A stretch of 64,000 nucleotides of DNA, taken from an uncultured bacterium (lineage in GTDB: Bacteria > Oederibacteriota > JAAXVQ01). The stretch lies in NCBI GenBank assembly GCA_964593065.1, contig CAZQGO010000001.1:350082-414081 (forward strand), read 5' to 3'. The notes below the pieces were generated by a model. That model saw nothing but the letters and a program-made list of their open reading frames with translations, did not search any database and had not been told where the DNA came from. The translations under genes were made by a program, and so were the position numbers. Below are positions 1 through 8,818 of the stretch, piece by piece. Each line of letters opens with the position of its first letter. Position 1 is the first letter of the stretch.

Positions 1-1
1 C

Positions 2-826
2 TACGAACATCCCCTGCCGGACGATCCCCGGCGGGCGCGGCCCATCGTGATCTACGAACTATGGCTGCGCTACATCGAGGCGGGAATGCGCTTCACGGGC
101 TCGCCCTTCGCCTTTTCGGCCGTGGGGTCCTGCACCGCGGCCTCGGCCTACGGCTACGCCTTGGCCGACGGCATGCCGGAGCGCAAGGCCGCCGAGGATT
201 TTCATTTCCTGCGCAAACTCGCCAAGGCCAGCGGCTTCAAGCCGCTGGCCGCGGTCCGCTCCCTCACGGTGTATCCCTCGGCCCGGGCTTCGGACCGCGT
301 GCCCTTCGGCACGGGCCGGGCCATGGGCCGCAGCCCCGCCGAGCAGGAGGCGCGCTACGCCCGCGTGGAACCTCCCGGGGTCTTTTTCGAGCTGAGGAAG
401 CTTTTTCTTTCCTGGCGGGAGGGATACGCGCGGCCGGACGCCCTGCCGGCGGCGGCCGGGCCGCGCCTGGACGCCTTCCTGGCGGCCGAGGGCGCCTGGG
501 CCGTGATGGACAAATTGCGTGCAATCTATCCCAGCGCGCGCCATTTCGAGCTGGCCTGCCAGCACTGGTTCGACGGCCTGCGGATCGTGCGCTTCGCGAA
601 CCAATACGCCCGCGAGGCCGGCCGGGTGGAAGTCCTTAGCGCCTGGCGCGAGCTCCTGGCGGCCTGGCCGGAGTTTACCGCGGCGGCCGGCCCGCCACCG
701 GCAGGGAAGGACGGGGAGCTTGAACTGGAAAGGGAGTGGCTGCGATACCTGCGGTCGGGCACCCGGGCCGGCGCACTGGAGAAAGCCGGAACGGACGGCG
801 CCCGCGATCGCCGCCTATTTGATTGA
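2..826 (+). CDS. hypothetical protein, 5'-truncated at window edge
   Basis: Reading frame of the 47..826 ORF is open back to nt 2 (no stop), so the N-terminus lies outside the window. No recognisable catalytic motif. GC-rich third positions like neighbouring genes. Confidence 0.4.
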   Translation, partial: YEHPLPDDPRRARPIVIYELWLRYIEAGMRFTGSPFAFSAVGSCTAASAYGYALADGMPERKAAEDFHFLRKLAKASGFKPLAAVRSLTVYPSARASDRVPFGTGRAMGRSPAEQEARYARVEPPGVFFELRKLFLSWREGYARPDALPAAAGPRLDAFLAAEGAWAVMDKLRAIYPSARHFELACQHWFDGLRIVRFANQYAREAGRVEVLSAWRELLAAWPEFTAAAGPPPAGKDGELELEREWLRYLRSGTRAGALEKAGTDGARDRRLFD

Positions 827-911
827 CCCGGCGGAGCCCCCTCCGCTAAGATATCTCCGCGGGCAAAAACCCGCACCCGCTTGATTGCGCGGAGGGCGAC
901 GGCACAGAGGC

Positions 912-2810
912 ATGAAAATACTTTTCCTCCATTTCAACATCCAGACCGGCAACGGCCCGCATTTTGTGCCCGGCATCGCCAGCATTTCCAGCGTGCTCAA
1001 GGCCGCCGGACACCGGACCGGACTCCTGTTCCTGCAGGAGGAAATGGACCGCGATGCCTTTTTGGAGAAAATACGGACCGAAGCGCCGGACCTGGTGGGC
1101 ATCAACACCATCACCAATCAATGGCCCGTGATCACCCGTTACACGCGCTGGCTGCGGGAGGGATTCCCGGGCCCGGTGATTCACGGCGGAGTCCATGTCA
1201 CGGTTGCGCCGGAGGCGGCGCTGGCCTGCCCGGAGGTGGATCTTCTCTGCATCGGCGAAGGGGAGTTTCCCGTGCTGGAACTGGTCTCGGCCCTGGAACG
1301 CGGCGGGTCCTACGAGGGCATCCGCAACCTGTGGCTGAAGAAACCGGACGGGCAGATCCTCAGAAATCCCTTGCGGCCCCTGATCCAGGACTTGGACGCC
1401 CTGCCTTTTGCCGACCGCGAGCTGTTCAATTACCGCTGGCTGCTGCAGGGCAATCCCTACGAGGCCACCATGCTCATGGCCGGACGGGGCTGCCCCTTCA
1501 CCTGCAAGTATTGCGTCAACAACGCCCTGCATCAACTCTATCGCGGCCTGGGAAAATATCCGCGCCTGCGCTCCCCCGAAAGAGTGGTCGAGGAGGTCCG
1601 CCAGCTGCGCGACGAATACGGCACGCGCCGCCTGCTGATTTACGACGACACCTTCACCTACGACCGCCGCTGGCTGGAGCGTTTCTGCGAACTGTACCGG
1701 CGCGAACTCCGCCTGCCCTTCACGGTGAACATCCGCGTGGGTACGGTCACGGAGGCTGATCTGACGCGGCTGCGGCAGGCGGGCTGCGAGATGATCATCG
1801 TCGGCATCGAATCCGGGAGCGAAAGAGTCCGGCGGGAAATCCTGGGACGGAAAATGCGCAACGCCGAAATCATCCGGGTCTTCCGCGCGGCCGACCGGCT
1901 GGGGTTGAAGACCTGGACCAACAACATGGTCGGCATGCCGACCGAAACCCCGGCCGAGGCGGAGGCCACCGTCGCCCTGCAGCGGAAAATCCGGCCCAAC
2001 CGGGCCCAGATGACCGTGTTCTACCCGTTTCCCGGCACGGACCTGTATGCACGCTGCCTGCGGGAAGGATACCTTTCCGGACGCGAGGCCAGCGGTGTGT
2101 TCCTCAACAGCGTGCTCAACCTGCCCACCCTGTCCCCGGAACAGATCGCCCGCACTCTCGTGAAATTCAGGGAAACCACGCGCCGGATCGCCGTGGAAAA
2201 GGAGGGGAAGCGCGCATACTATGATTTTCTCTGGCATTTTCCGGAAGCGGAAATTGCCTCCGAGCAGGCGGACTACGTGGATTTCCACGCCGAAACCATC
2301 AACGGCGAGGAGCGCCTGGTGCTGCTGGCCCACCCGGAGACCCGGATCACGTACCGGGTGTTTTTTCCCGAACGAGCGCGGCTGGTTCTCGGCATGGGTT
2401 TGTCCCCGCTGGTATGGTCCCCGGAAAAAGGTGCGGGAGTTCACTTCCGGGTTTTTCTCGAGGACCGGGGACAGGAGGTCCGGGTATTTTCCAGATACCT
2501 GGATCCCAAGAACGATCCCGCCGACCGTCGCTGGCACGACGTGGAGCTTGACCTTTCGGCCTATCCGCCGGGTCCGCGTAAAATCATTTTCCAGACCACC
2601 ACGGACGGCGCGCCGAAGTATTATTGCTGGGCCAATTGGTCCCACCCGCTGCTCCTGGGACGGAGGAACCTGCTGACGCCCTTGCGCCGGGTCTGGCGCT
2701 GGGGATTCAAGCCCGCCGGATGGTTTTCGCGGCCCGGCGCCGGCGCGCATCGCCGCGGGCGGGAAAACGCGCCCGAAAAGACGCAGACCGGGGCGGGCCT
2801 CCATGGCTGA
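912..2810 (+). CDS. B12-binding domain radical SAM protein (class B radical SAM, putative C-methyltransferase-like)
   Basis: N-terminal MKILFLHFN...B12-binding-like Rossmann segment, then the radical SAM motif AGRGCPFTCKYC (CxxxCxxC) and a ~200-aa C-terminal extension. Start moved to the ATG at 912 (ORF track starts at 885). Confidence 0.85.
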   Translation: MKILFLHFNIQTGNGPHFVPGIASISSVLKAAGHRTGLLFLQEEMDRDAFLEKIRTEAPDLVGINTITNQWPVITRYTRWLREGFPGPVIHGGVHVTVAPEAALACPEVDLLCIGEGEFPVLELVSALERGGSYEGIRNLWLKKPDGQILRNPLRPLIQDLDALPFADRELFNYRWLLQGNPYEATMLMAGRGCPFTCKYCVNNALHQLYRGLGKYPRLRSPERVVEEVRQLRDEYGTRRLLIYDDTFTYDRRWLERFCELYRRELRLPFTVNIRVGTVTEADLTRLRQAGCEMIIVGIESGSERVRREILGRKMRNAEIIRVFRAADRLGLKTWTNNMVGMPTETPAEAEATVALQRKIRPNRAQMTVFYPFPGTDLYARCLREGYLSGREASGVFLNSVLNLPTLSPEQIARTLVKFRETTRRIAVEKEGKRAYYDFLWHFPEAEIASEQADYVDFHAETINGEERLVLLAHPETRITYRVFFPERARLVLGMGLSPLVWSPEKGAGVHFRVFLEDRGQEVRVFSRYLDPKNDPADRRWHDVELDLSAYPPGPRKIIFQTTTDGAPKYYCWANWSHPLLLGRRNLLTPLRRVWRWGFKPAGWFSRPGAGAHRRGRENAPEKTQTGAGLHG

Positions 2811-3747
2811 GCATTCCCTTTCTCCGCGGCCAACCGGCGCGCCCCGGGTGACGGTGATCGTGCCCAACTACAACCATGCCCGTTTCCTGCGGCAGCGGCT
2901 GGATTCCATCCTGGGGCAGACCCACCAGGACTTCGAACTCCTGATCTTGGACGATGCCTCCACGGACCGCAGCGCCAAGGTGATCCGCTCTTATCTCAAT
3001 CAGCCGCACGTCCGCTTTGAGGCCAATGCGCGCAATTCCGGCTCCGCTTTCCGGCAGTGGGCCAAGGGCCTGGCACTGGCGCGCGGAGAATATATTTGGC
3101 TCGCGGAATCGGACGACTGGGCCGATCCCCGGTTCCTGGAAAGACTGCTGCCCGTCCTGGAGGAAAGCCCGCGGCTGGGCTTGGTGTATTGCCAGTCCCG
3201 GTGCGTGGACGCAGCCGGCAAGATCCTGGGCGATGCTTCGGGCTGGACCGCGGACCTGGATCCCCTGCGCTGGACAACGGATTTTTGCAATGCGGGACCC
3301 GACGAGCTCAGGCGGTTTTTGCTTCGGAAGAATACCCTTCCCAGCGCCTCGGCGGTCTTGTGCCGGCGCAGTGCGCTCCAGGCCGCCGGCGTCCCGGACG
3401 CGGACCTGCGCCTGTGCGGAGACTGGCTGACCTGGATGCGCCTGCTGTCCGCCTGGGACGTGGCCTTCGTGGCCGAGCCCCTGAACTATTGGCGCCAGCG
3501 GACTTCCCACGCCCGCCTGCCCAGCAACGGCACCCTGGAGTGGCTGGAAGGCGAACGCGTTTTGACCGAAGGCTGCCGCTTGGCCGGCTTAAGCCGTGCC
3601 GAGACCACCGGGGTTTTGTTCGATTTTCTGAAGCGCTGCTGGCAATGGCAGAGGGAATATATCGAGGCGGTTTCCGGGGGAAAGCGGACTTCGCTCAAGA
3701 AAAAACTGGGCGGCTGGCTGAAACGGGCCAAGGCCAACCGGGCTTAA
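2803..3747 (+). CDS. family 2 glycosyltransferase (GT-A)
   Basis: VIVPNYNHARFL...LILDDASTD...ESDD: classic GT2 N-terminal motifs. 8-nt overlap with the upstream gene. Confidence 0.85.
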   Translation: MAEHSLSPRPTGAPRVTVIVPNYNHARFLRQRLDSILGQTHQDFELLILDDASTDRSAKVIRSYLNQPHVRFEANARNSGSAFRQWAKGLALARGEYIWLAESDDWADPRFLERLLPVLEESPRLGLVYCQSRCVDAAGKILGDASGWTADLDPLRWTTDFCNAGPDELRRFLLRKNTLPSASAVLCRRSALQAAGVPDADLRLCGDWLTWMRLLSAWDVAFVAEPLNYWRQRTSHARLPSNGTLEWLEGERVLTEGCRLAGLSRAETTGVLFDFLKRCWQWQREYIEAVSGGKRTSLKKKLGGWLKRAKANRA

Positions 3748-5573
3748 TTGCGCATCATCACATGCACCCGCCCGGCCTGATACCACATGAGGTCCGTGCC
3801 GGCGGGCGGAGGGCCCGTGAACGTCAGGACGACCCGGCGCAGCGATACCCGGCGGATCGCAACCAGCGGCTGCTCCGTCACGGCCCTGAACAATTCACCC
3901 CGCTTCCCCAAATCCAGCGTAAATTCATTCACCTTCGCTTGAATATCGATGGGGTTCCAACCGGAATTCACATCGTGGAACGTTAAAGCCCCGGCATAGG
4001 TCAGGTCTGAAAGCTTTTCCAGGCGGCGCAGGTCCTGCAGGAAGGCCGGATCCTTTCGGGCCCGTGGTTGCCAGGCCGCGGGCAAATCCTCAATGTCCAT
4101 TTCAGGTGCCGCGCTTTCCGTCCCGGAATGAGATCCGGCGCGCGCGAGCACGGCCCGCAATTCCTCCGGGGACAAAGCGTAGCGCTTGACCAGGCCGGCG
4201 AACAATCGCCGGGGTTCGAAGATCCGGAGCGCGGGCGAGAAACCGATGCGGAACACGAAAGCGCCGCAATAATTGTCCGGGAGATTCATAACGACCACCT
4301 TCCGGTTTTCGATGTTTTCAACGGCGCTGTCGAGAATGCTTCGCGCCAGGCGGCCGGCCGCGACCCAGCGCTCATTGATGATCTGCAAACTCCAGGCGCC
4401 GGCCACGAGCAGAACCGCCGCCAGGGCGACGGCGTATGCCCTCCGCCGGAACAGCCTGAATACACCCAAGATCATCAGAACGCTGGTAAAGACCGAGGGC
4501 AGATACGCCAGGCGCTCGTTTTCCACGGTAGACGGCAGGACCCCCAGGCCCAAGACCGGAACCACGGCGCACAGAAAGCACAGCGGCAGGCAGGCTAAAA
4601 AACGGGAATCGGGGTTGCGGGGACGGCGCAGCAAAAACCACAGGGGCAGGATCCCGCCCGCCAGCAGGCAGGCCGCGCCCCCGGCCATCCAAAATATCTC
4701 GGCGCCCGGTTTCCAGATCCCGGCCGGCAGGGCCGGCAGAAAGGATCGCAAGGCGAAAAAAGCCAGATTTTGCAGCCCGATGCCCGGAGAAAAATACAGA
4801 TGCACTTTCTGGCCATAGACGCCCAGAGCGCTGCCCAGGACGAGAATACGCAGCAGGAAATAGGCGGCGATGATTCCGGCGGAGCAGGCCAGCGTGAGCG
4901 CCGCCCGCTTGAAAATCATCCGCCCCTCCTCACCCGCGGACCACCGCGCCGCCGCCAGCACCGCCAGGCAGGGAAACAAGGCCAGCACGCTTTCCTTGGC
5001 CAAAAGTCCGGACGCCAGGCAGCCCAGCGTCAGCAGCAAGGCGCCCGTTTTACCCAGGGATAGGTAGCGGCCGTATGCCATGAGGGCCAGGAGAAAAAGG
5101 CTCGTGGCGATCAGGTCCGCGAGGCCGCCGATGTAGGAAACGGCCTCAGTATGATTGGGCAGGACCAGGAAAAGGGCGCCGGAAAAAAACGCCGGCCACA
5201 AGACCTCCGCTCCGGCCGAAGCCGGCTTCCGCAGTTCCTGGCGCACCCAGGCGTAGACGAAGAAGGCATTGCAGGCGTGCAGCAGCACGCTCATGAGATG
5301 GTGACCCGCAGGATTGAGCCCCCACAGGCGCAAATCCAGCCAGTACGCCAGGACGGTCACGGGGCGGAAAAAGCTGGCGGGCTTACCCCCCCAGGTCCAG
5401 TAAAAACCCTTCTGGAAGAAATTGCCCAGCATGAAGAAATCGTCCGAAAGAAAAGGCACGCGGAGGATTTTCCCGTACAACGCCGCGGCGGCCAGGATGA
5501 AAACGATCAACACGGGCCAGGGCGGCCGGAAGAGGAACTCCGGCGAGAGCCAATCGCGGCGGTGGGCGGGCAC
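3744..5573 (-). CDS. polytopic membrane protein of the GT-C superfamily, PMT/TMTC-like (putative mannosyltransferase-like), paralog 1
   Basis: Many predicted TM helices. An acidic SDDFF motif sits in the first loop. The HHLMSVLLHACNAFFVY motif resembles the HLxNxxLHxxNa signature of PMT/TMTC (GT39-related) proteins. The ~200-aa soluble C-terminal domain contains LPDNYCGAFVFRIGF, which is shared with the paralog at 6675..8558. Confidence 0.65.
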   Translation of the reverse strand: MPAHRRDWLSPEFLFRPPWPVLIVFILAAAALYGKILRVPFLSDDFFMLGNFFQKGFYWTWGGKPASFFRPVTVLAYWLDLRLWGLNPAGHHLMSVLLHACNAFFVYAWVRQELRKPASAGAEVLWPAFFSGALFLVLPNHTEAVSYIGGLADLIATSLFLLALMAYGRYLSLGKTGALLLTLGCLASGLLAKESVLALFPCLAVLAAARWSAGEEGRMIFKRAALTLACSAGIIAAYFLLRILVLGSALGVYGQKVHLYFSPGIGLQNLAFFALRSFLPALPAGIWKPGAEIFWMAGGAACLLAGGILPLWFLLRRPRNPDSRFLACLPLCFLCAVVPVLGLGVLPSTVENERLAYLPSVFTSVLMILGVFRLFRRRAYAVALAAVLLVAGAWSLQIINERWVAAGRLARSILDSAVENIENRKVVVMNLPDNYCGAFVFRIGFSPALRIFEPRRLFAGLVKRYALSPEELRAVLARAGSHSGTESAAPEMDIEDLPAAWQPRARKDPAFLQDLRRLEKLSDLTYAGALTFHDVNSGWNPIDIQAKVNEFTLDLGKRGELFRAVTEQPLVAIRRVSLRRVVLTFTGPPPAGTDLMWYQAGRVHVMMRN

Positions 5574-5576
5574 GGC

Positions 5577-6650
5577 TTATTGATCCCCGCCGGCCGGCAG
5601 GAATTTATCGGCCACGGCGCAGACCAGGGTCTCGCAGACGGCGCCCGTGGCCTGTTTGGGGCCGTAGTGCAGCAGAAATTCCCGGCATTGGCGGTAGGCG
5701 GGGCCGTTCCACAATTCCGGCAAGTCCAGCTTCAGGATGTTCCCCAGCGAAAACTTGTCTTCGTACACCGTGCAGCAGGGAAATACCTCGCCGTTCCAAT
5801 GGATGATCATGGACGTGAACGGCTGGCAACACCACTCCGGCAGGCGCGGATGCAGACGAATCGCGCCCGGGGAGGAAGGCGGAGGCGCCTGCGGCCCGGA
5901 GGCGGCGGGGCCGTCCGCGTTCCGGTTTTCCTGCGCGCGATGCAGGCCGGATTTCCAGTCTTCGCGGCCCCAAACGTCCATGAGGCTGAAGCGCAGGGTC
6001 ACGCCCAGGTCCGAGGCCATTTTTTGCGCCAGGGCCTGCTCGTGCTCGTTGAAGCGGTTGACGAGGAATCCCCAGATGATTTCCGGCGTTTTCGCCCGGA
6101 GCCGCAGTTTGGCTTGCTGCAATCGGGACAGGTTGGCAAGGGCCCGCGAAAAGCTCCCCCCCACGCGGTATTTTCCGTAGGTGGCCTGGCTGGCGCCGTC
6201 CATGGAGGCGGACAGGCAGGACAAGCCCGTGGCCACGACGGCCTCGGCGTCTTTCGGGCTCAAGGCCCGGAAGGTCAGGTTCGAGTGCAGGCTGGTGTAA
6301 ATGCCCTTCGCGGACGCGGCGGCGACCATCCGCAGAATGTCCCGGTTCAAAAAAGGTTCCCCGTAGTTGAACAGGCCGATGTTGTTGGCGTGCGGGGAAA
6401 TTTTTTCCAGGATGACCTGGTAATTTTCCCAGCTTAAAAAACCCCTCGCCGTACCACGGCGGCGAAGCCCGGTGGGACAGAAAGGACAGCGCAGATTGCA
6501 CAGGTTCCCGGTCTCGATATAGTAATTCCGGGGCGGGGGACAGGTCAGTTCAGACGCAGGCATTGCGGGCCTTTCGGAAAGAATCGGCGGGTGCCAGGGA
6601 TCAGGGACGATCCAGGGGTTCGGAACCGAACCGGCACCTGCCAGAAGCAA
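5577..6650 (-). CDS. radical SAM enzyme with C-terminal Cys-rich auxiliary-cluster (SPASM/twitch-like) domain
   Basis: CNLRCPFCP (CxxxCxxC) lies near the N-terminus. The C-terminal Cys cluster is CCQPF...FPCC...C...C. The ORF as given starts with TTG at 6650. An in-frame ATG at 6563 (MPASELTCPPP...) is an alternative start. Confidence 0.8.
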   Translation of the reverse strand: MLLAGAGSVPNPWIVPDPWHPPILSERPAMPASELTCPPPRNYYIETGNLCNLRCPFCPTGLRRRGTARGFLSWENYQVILEKISPHANNIGLFNYGEPFLNRDILRMVAAASAKGIYTSLHSNLTFRALSPKDAEAVVATGLSCLSASMDGASQATYGKYRVGGSFSRALANLSRLQQAKLRLRAKTPEIIWGFLVNRFNEHEQALAQKMASDLGVTLRFSLMDVWGREDWKSGLHRAQENRNADGPAASGPQAPPPSSPGAIRLHPRLPEWCCQPFTSMIIHWNGEVFPCCTVYEDKFSLGNILKLDLPELWNGPAYRQCREFLLHYGPKQATGAVCETLVCAVADKFLPAGGDQ

Positions 6651-6674
6651 AAATAGTACAATCCCCCGCGCTTG

Positions 6675-8558
6675 TCAATTCATCTTGCTTCCGGGCAGGG
6701 GCCGCAGTCGGCCGCGGTCAAAGTAAAGGACGTCCGTGTCCCCGGGCAAACCCCGGGGCAAGAAGACGGTTAGAAGCGGAGTGGTCAGGCCGTGGGCCGC
6801 ATACTCCTCCTGCCCGGAAGGGGATAGGAACCAGAAAAAAACTCCGGGTTCCTCGAGCCGGACTTCCAGGCGCCGCGGGTACTGGGTAACGGAGACGCGG
6901 TCCTCGGGAGTGATCAGGCCGTGCAGTCCCAGGACCGAGATTTCGGAAAGGTTCAACCAGCGCCGGTATTGCTTCAGCAAGCCCTGCCAGGGTTCCACCG
7001 CCAGCCGGCCCGACGACAGCCAGCCGGAAAACAGCCGGGGCAGCTCCTCCGGTTTGAGGCGGGCCGCGGGATGCTTCACTTCCGCCAGGAATTCCTCGAG
7101 GCCGGGCAGGGACTTCTGGTCGGGGATTTGCTCCAATACCCGGGGGAATCTCAGCTTTTCCACAGCGATGGCCTCGGCGAAGCCGGTCCTCCAGATATAA
7201 GCTCCGCGGTAGTTGTCCGGCAGGTTCAGTACCAGCAATTTTGGCTGTGAAATCCGGGCCAGGGCGTCTTGGACCAGATGCCGGGAAATCCTGCCGGCCG
7301 TATGCCAGTAGCCGTGCACGACCTGCATGCCGGCCGCGCCCGCTAGGAGCAGGATAGGCACCAGGGCCAGGCGCAGCCACCGCGTCCGCACCCAAAATCC
7401 CAAACCCGTTGCCAGCGCGCAGGCCATGAACACCGATGGGAAATACAGAAACCGTTCTCCGTCGGTCCCGTACGGGTCGAGGAAGAGATTCGCGCTGGGC
7501 AATTCGGCGCAGAAAAAAAGCGCCAGCAGAACCAGGAAAAGCGTGAAAACCGGCCGGCCGGAGGCAGGGAGGCGCCTGCCTGAAAGAAAAAGCAGCAGCG
7601 CCAGGAGGAACCAGAAGAGCATGGGAAAGATCCGGGAGCTCAGCAGGCCCTTGAGCGCGAGCGGCAGGGGCGGCGTCAGGCTCCTGACCCCGGCCCAAGC
7701 CCAATTGGAGAGCAGGAGCCCGGGTGACCAGTCGAGATGGATATCGGCTCCGTAGCCGCCGATCCAGGCTCCCAAAATCAGGTGGCGCGCATAGAAATAA
7801 CCGGCCGCCAGGAGCAGTGCGAGGAGCAAAGGACCGGCGAGCCGGCTCGCGAATCGTCCGCGAATTTCCGGCACCGCGGCCCAATAAAAAATCGCCAACC
7901 CCGCCAGGCACAAGGGCAGGATCAGGGCGCTTTCCTTGGACAAGAGCGCCAAGGCGAAGGCGGCCGCAAACATCGTCAGGGTGGCGGCCCGGGGACGGAG
8001 CAGGTGCCGGGTGAACGCCAGCAGCGCCAGCAGGAGGAAAAATGTGACCAGGAGATCGGGCCGCCCGGAGATCCAGTCCACGGCCTCGCTGTGACTGGGC
8101 ATCACTAAAAAGATGAGGCCCGCGACCAGGGCGACCACCTGTGCCCGGTGCGTCCCGATGCGTTGCAGCGGCTCGCGGAAAAAGACCGCCACCAGGCAGG
8201 CGTTGGCCAGGTGCAGCATCAGGTTGCAGAGGTGAAATCCGGCGGGGTGGAGTCCCCAAATACGGATGTCCAGCCAGTAACTCAGGAGCGGCAGGGGACG
8301 GAAGAAAATCGCGCCGGGCATGCGCCAGGACTCGAACCAGGGTTTGTCAACCAGGGTTACCAGGAAGGTAAAATCATCGGCCAGGAAAGGCAGGCTCAGG
8401 CAGCTCCAGAAAACCAGCAAACCCGAAGCAAAAATCAAAACCCAAACCAGCCAGCCGGGGACCGCCCGGGATGTACCCCCATCGTTCCGGAACAGGCTCC
8501 AGCCGGCATTCGGTCGCGAAGTCATAATGTGCGCATGGTAGCACGAAAATCCGGGCAT
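6675..8558 (-). CDS. polytopic membrane protein of the GT-C superfamily, PMT/TMTC-like, paralog 2
   Basis: Same architecture as 3744..5573: LADDFTFL loop motif, FHLCNLMLHLANACLVAVF motif, and a C-terminal domain with LPDNYRGAYIWRTGF. Clear paralogy at protein level. Confidence 0.65.
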   Translation of the reverse strand: MPGFSCYHAHIMTSRPNAGWSLFRNDGGTSRAVPGWLVWVLIFASGLLVFWSCLSLPFLADDFTFLVTLVDKPWFESWRMPGAIFFRPLPLLSYWLDIRIWGLHPAGFHLCNLMLHLANACLVAVFFREPLQRIGTHRAQVVALVAGLIFLVMPSHSEAVDWISGRPDLLVTFFLLLALLAFTRHLLRPRAATLTMFAAAFALALLSKESALILPLCLAGLAIFYWAAVPEIRGRFASRLAGPLLLALLLAAGYFYARHLILGAWIGGYGADIHLDWSPGLLLSNWAWAGVRSLTPPLPLALKGLLSSRIFPMLFWFLLALLLFLSGRRLPASGRPVFTLFLVLLALFFCAELPSANLFLDPYGTDGERFLYFPSVFMACALATGLGFWVRTRWLRLALVPILLLAGAAGMQVVHGYWHTAGRISRHLVQDALARISQPKLLVLNLPDNYRGAYIWRTGFAEAIAVEKLRFPRVLEQIPDQKSLPGLEEFLAEVKHPAARLKPEELPRLFSGWLSSGRLAVEPWQGLLKQYRRWLNLSEISVLGLHGLITPEDRVSVTQYPRRLEVRLEEPGVFFWFLSPSGQEEYAAHGLTTPLLTVFLPRGLPGDTDVLYFDRGRLRPLPGSKMN

Positions 8559-8587
8559 ATCCAGACCCGAAATTCAGTTTGAAATAG

Positions 8588-8616
8588 TTGACTTACCTTT
8601 CGGAAATAATGATAAT
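8588..8616 (+). promoter_or_regulatory. sigma70-like promoter (TTGACT-N17-GATAAT) in the divergent intergenic region
   Basis: TTGACT at 8588-8593, a 17-nt spacer, GATAAT at 8611-8616. It sits where the six-frame ORF nominally starts, which argues that the true CDS start is downstream. Confidence 0.3.
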
Positions 8617-8818
8617 AATGATTCGCGCCGAATGCGACTCAGGCAATGTCTGGACACGAGCGTTTCGTCCGTTTGCTCATCACCAACTTTCCACGCCGGA
8701 TGAAATCCAATATCCAAAAGGGCGGTTTTGGTTGGCGGTTGCCCGGGAAATCTTTGGCCGTGGGGGACACGTTCGGCTCCGGACCCGCGTTGAAAGCCAC
8801 GAAAAAGGTGTGCGGCTC

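Noticed and set aside
846-2867. 673-aa ORF on the minus strand
   Set aside because: It is antisense to the well-supported B12-radical SAM gene. It has no motifs and is Arg/Gly/Pro-rich, typical of GC-rich antisense frames. The same applies to 9080..10222(-), 10595..13264(-), 14153..15550(-), 22871..24802(+), 25546..26838(+), 31333..33165(-), 40640..42451(+), 44135..45676(+), 55710..57392(-), 58967..60040(-) and 61960..63087(-).
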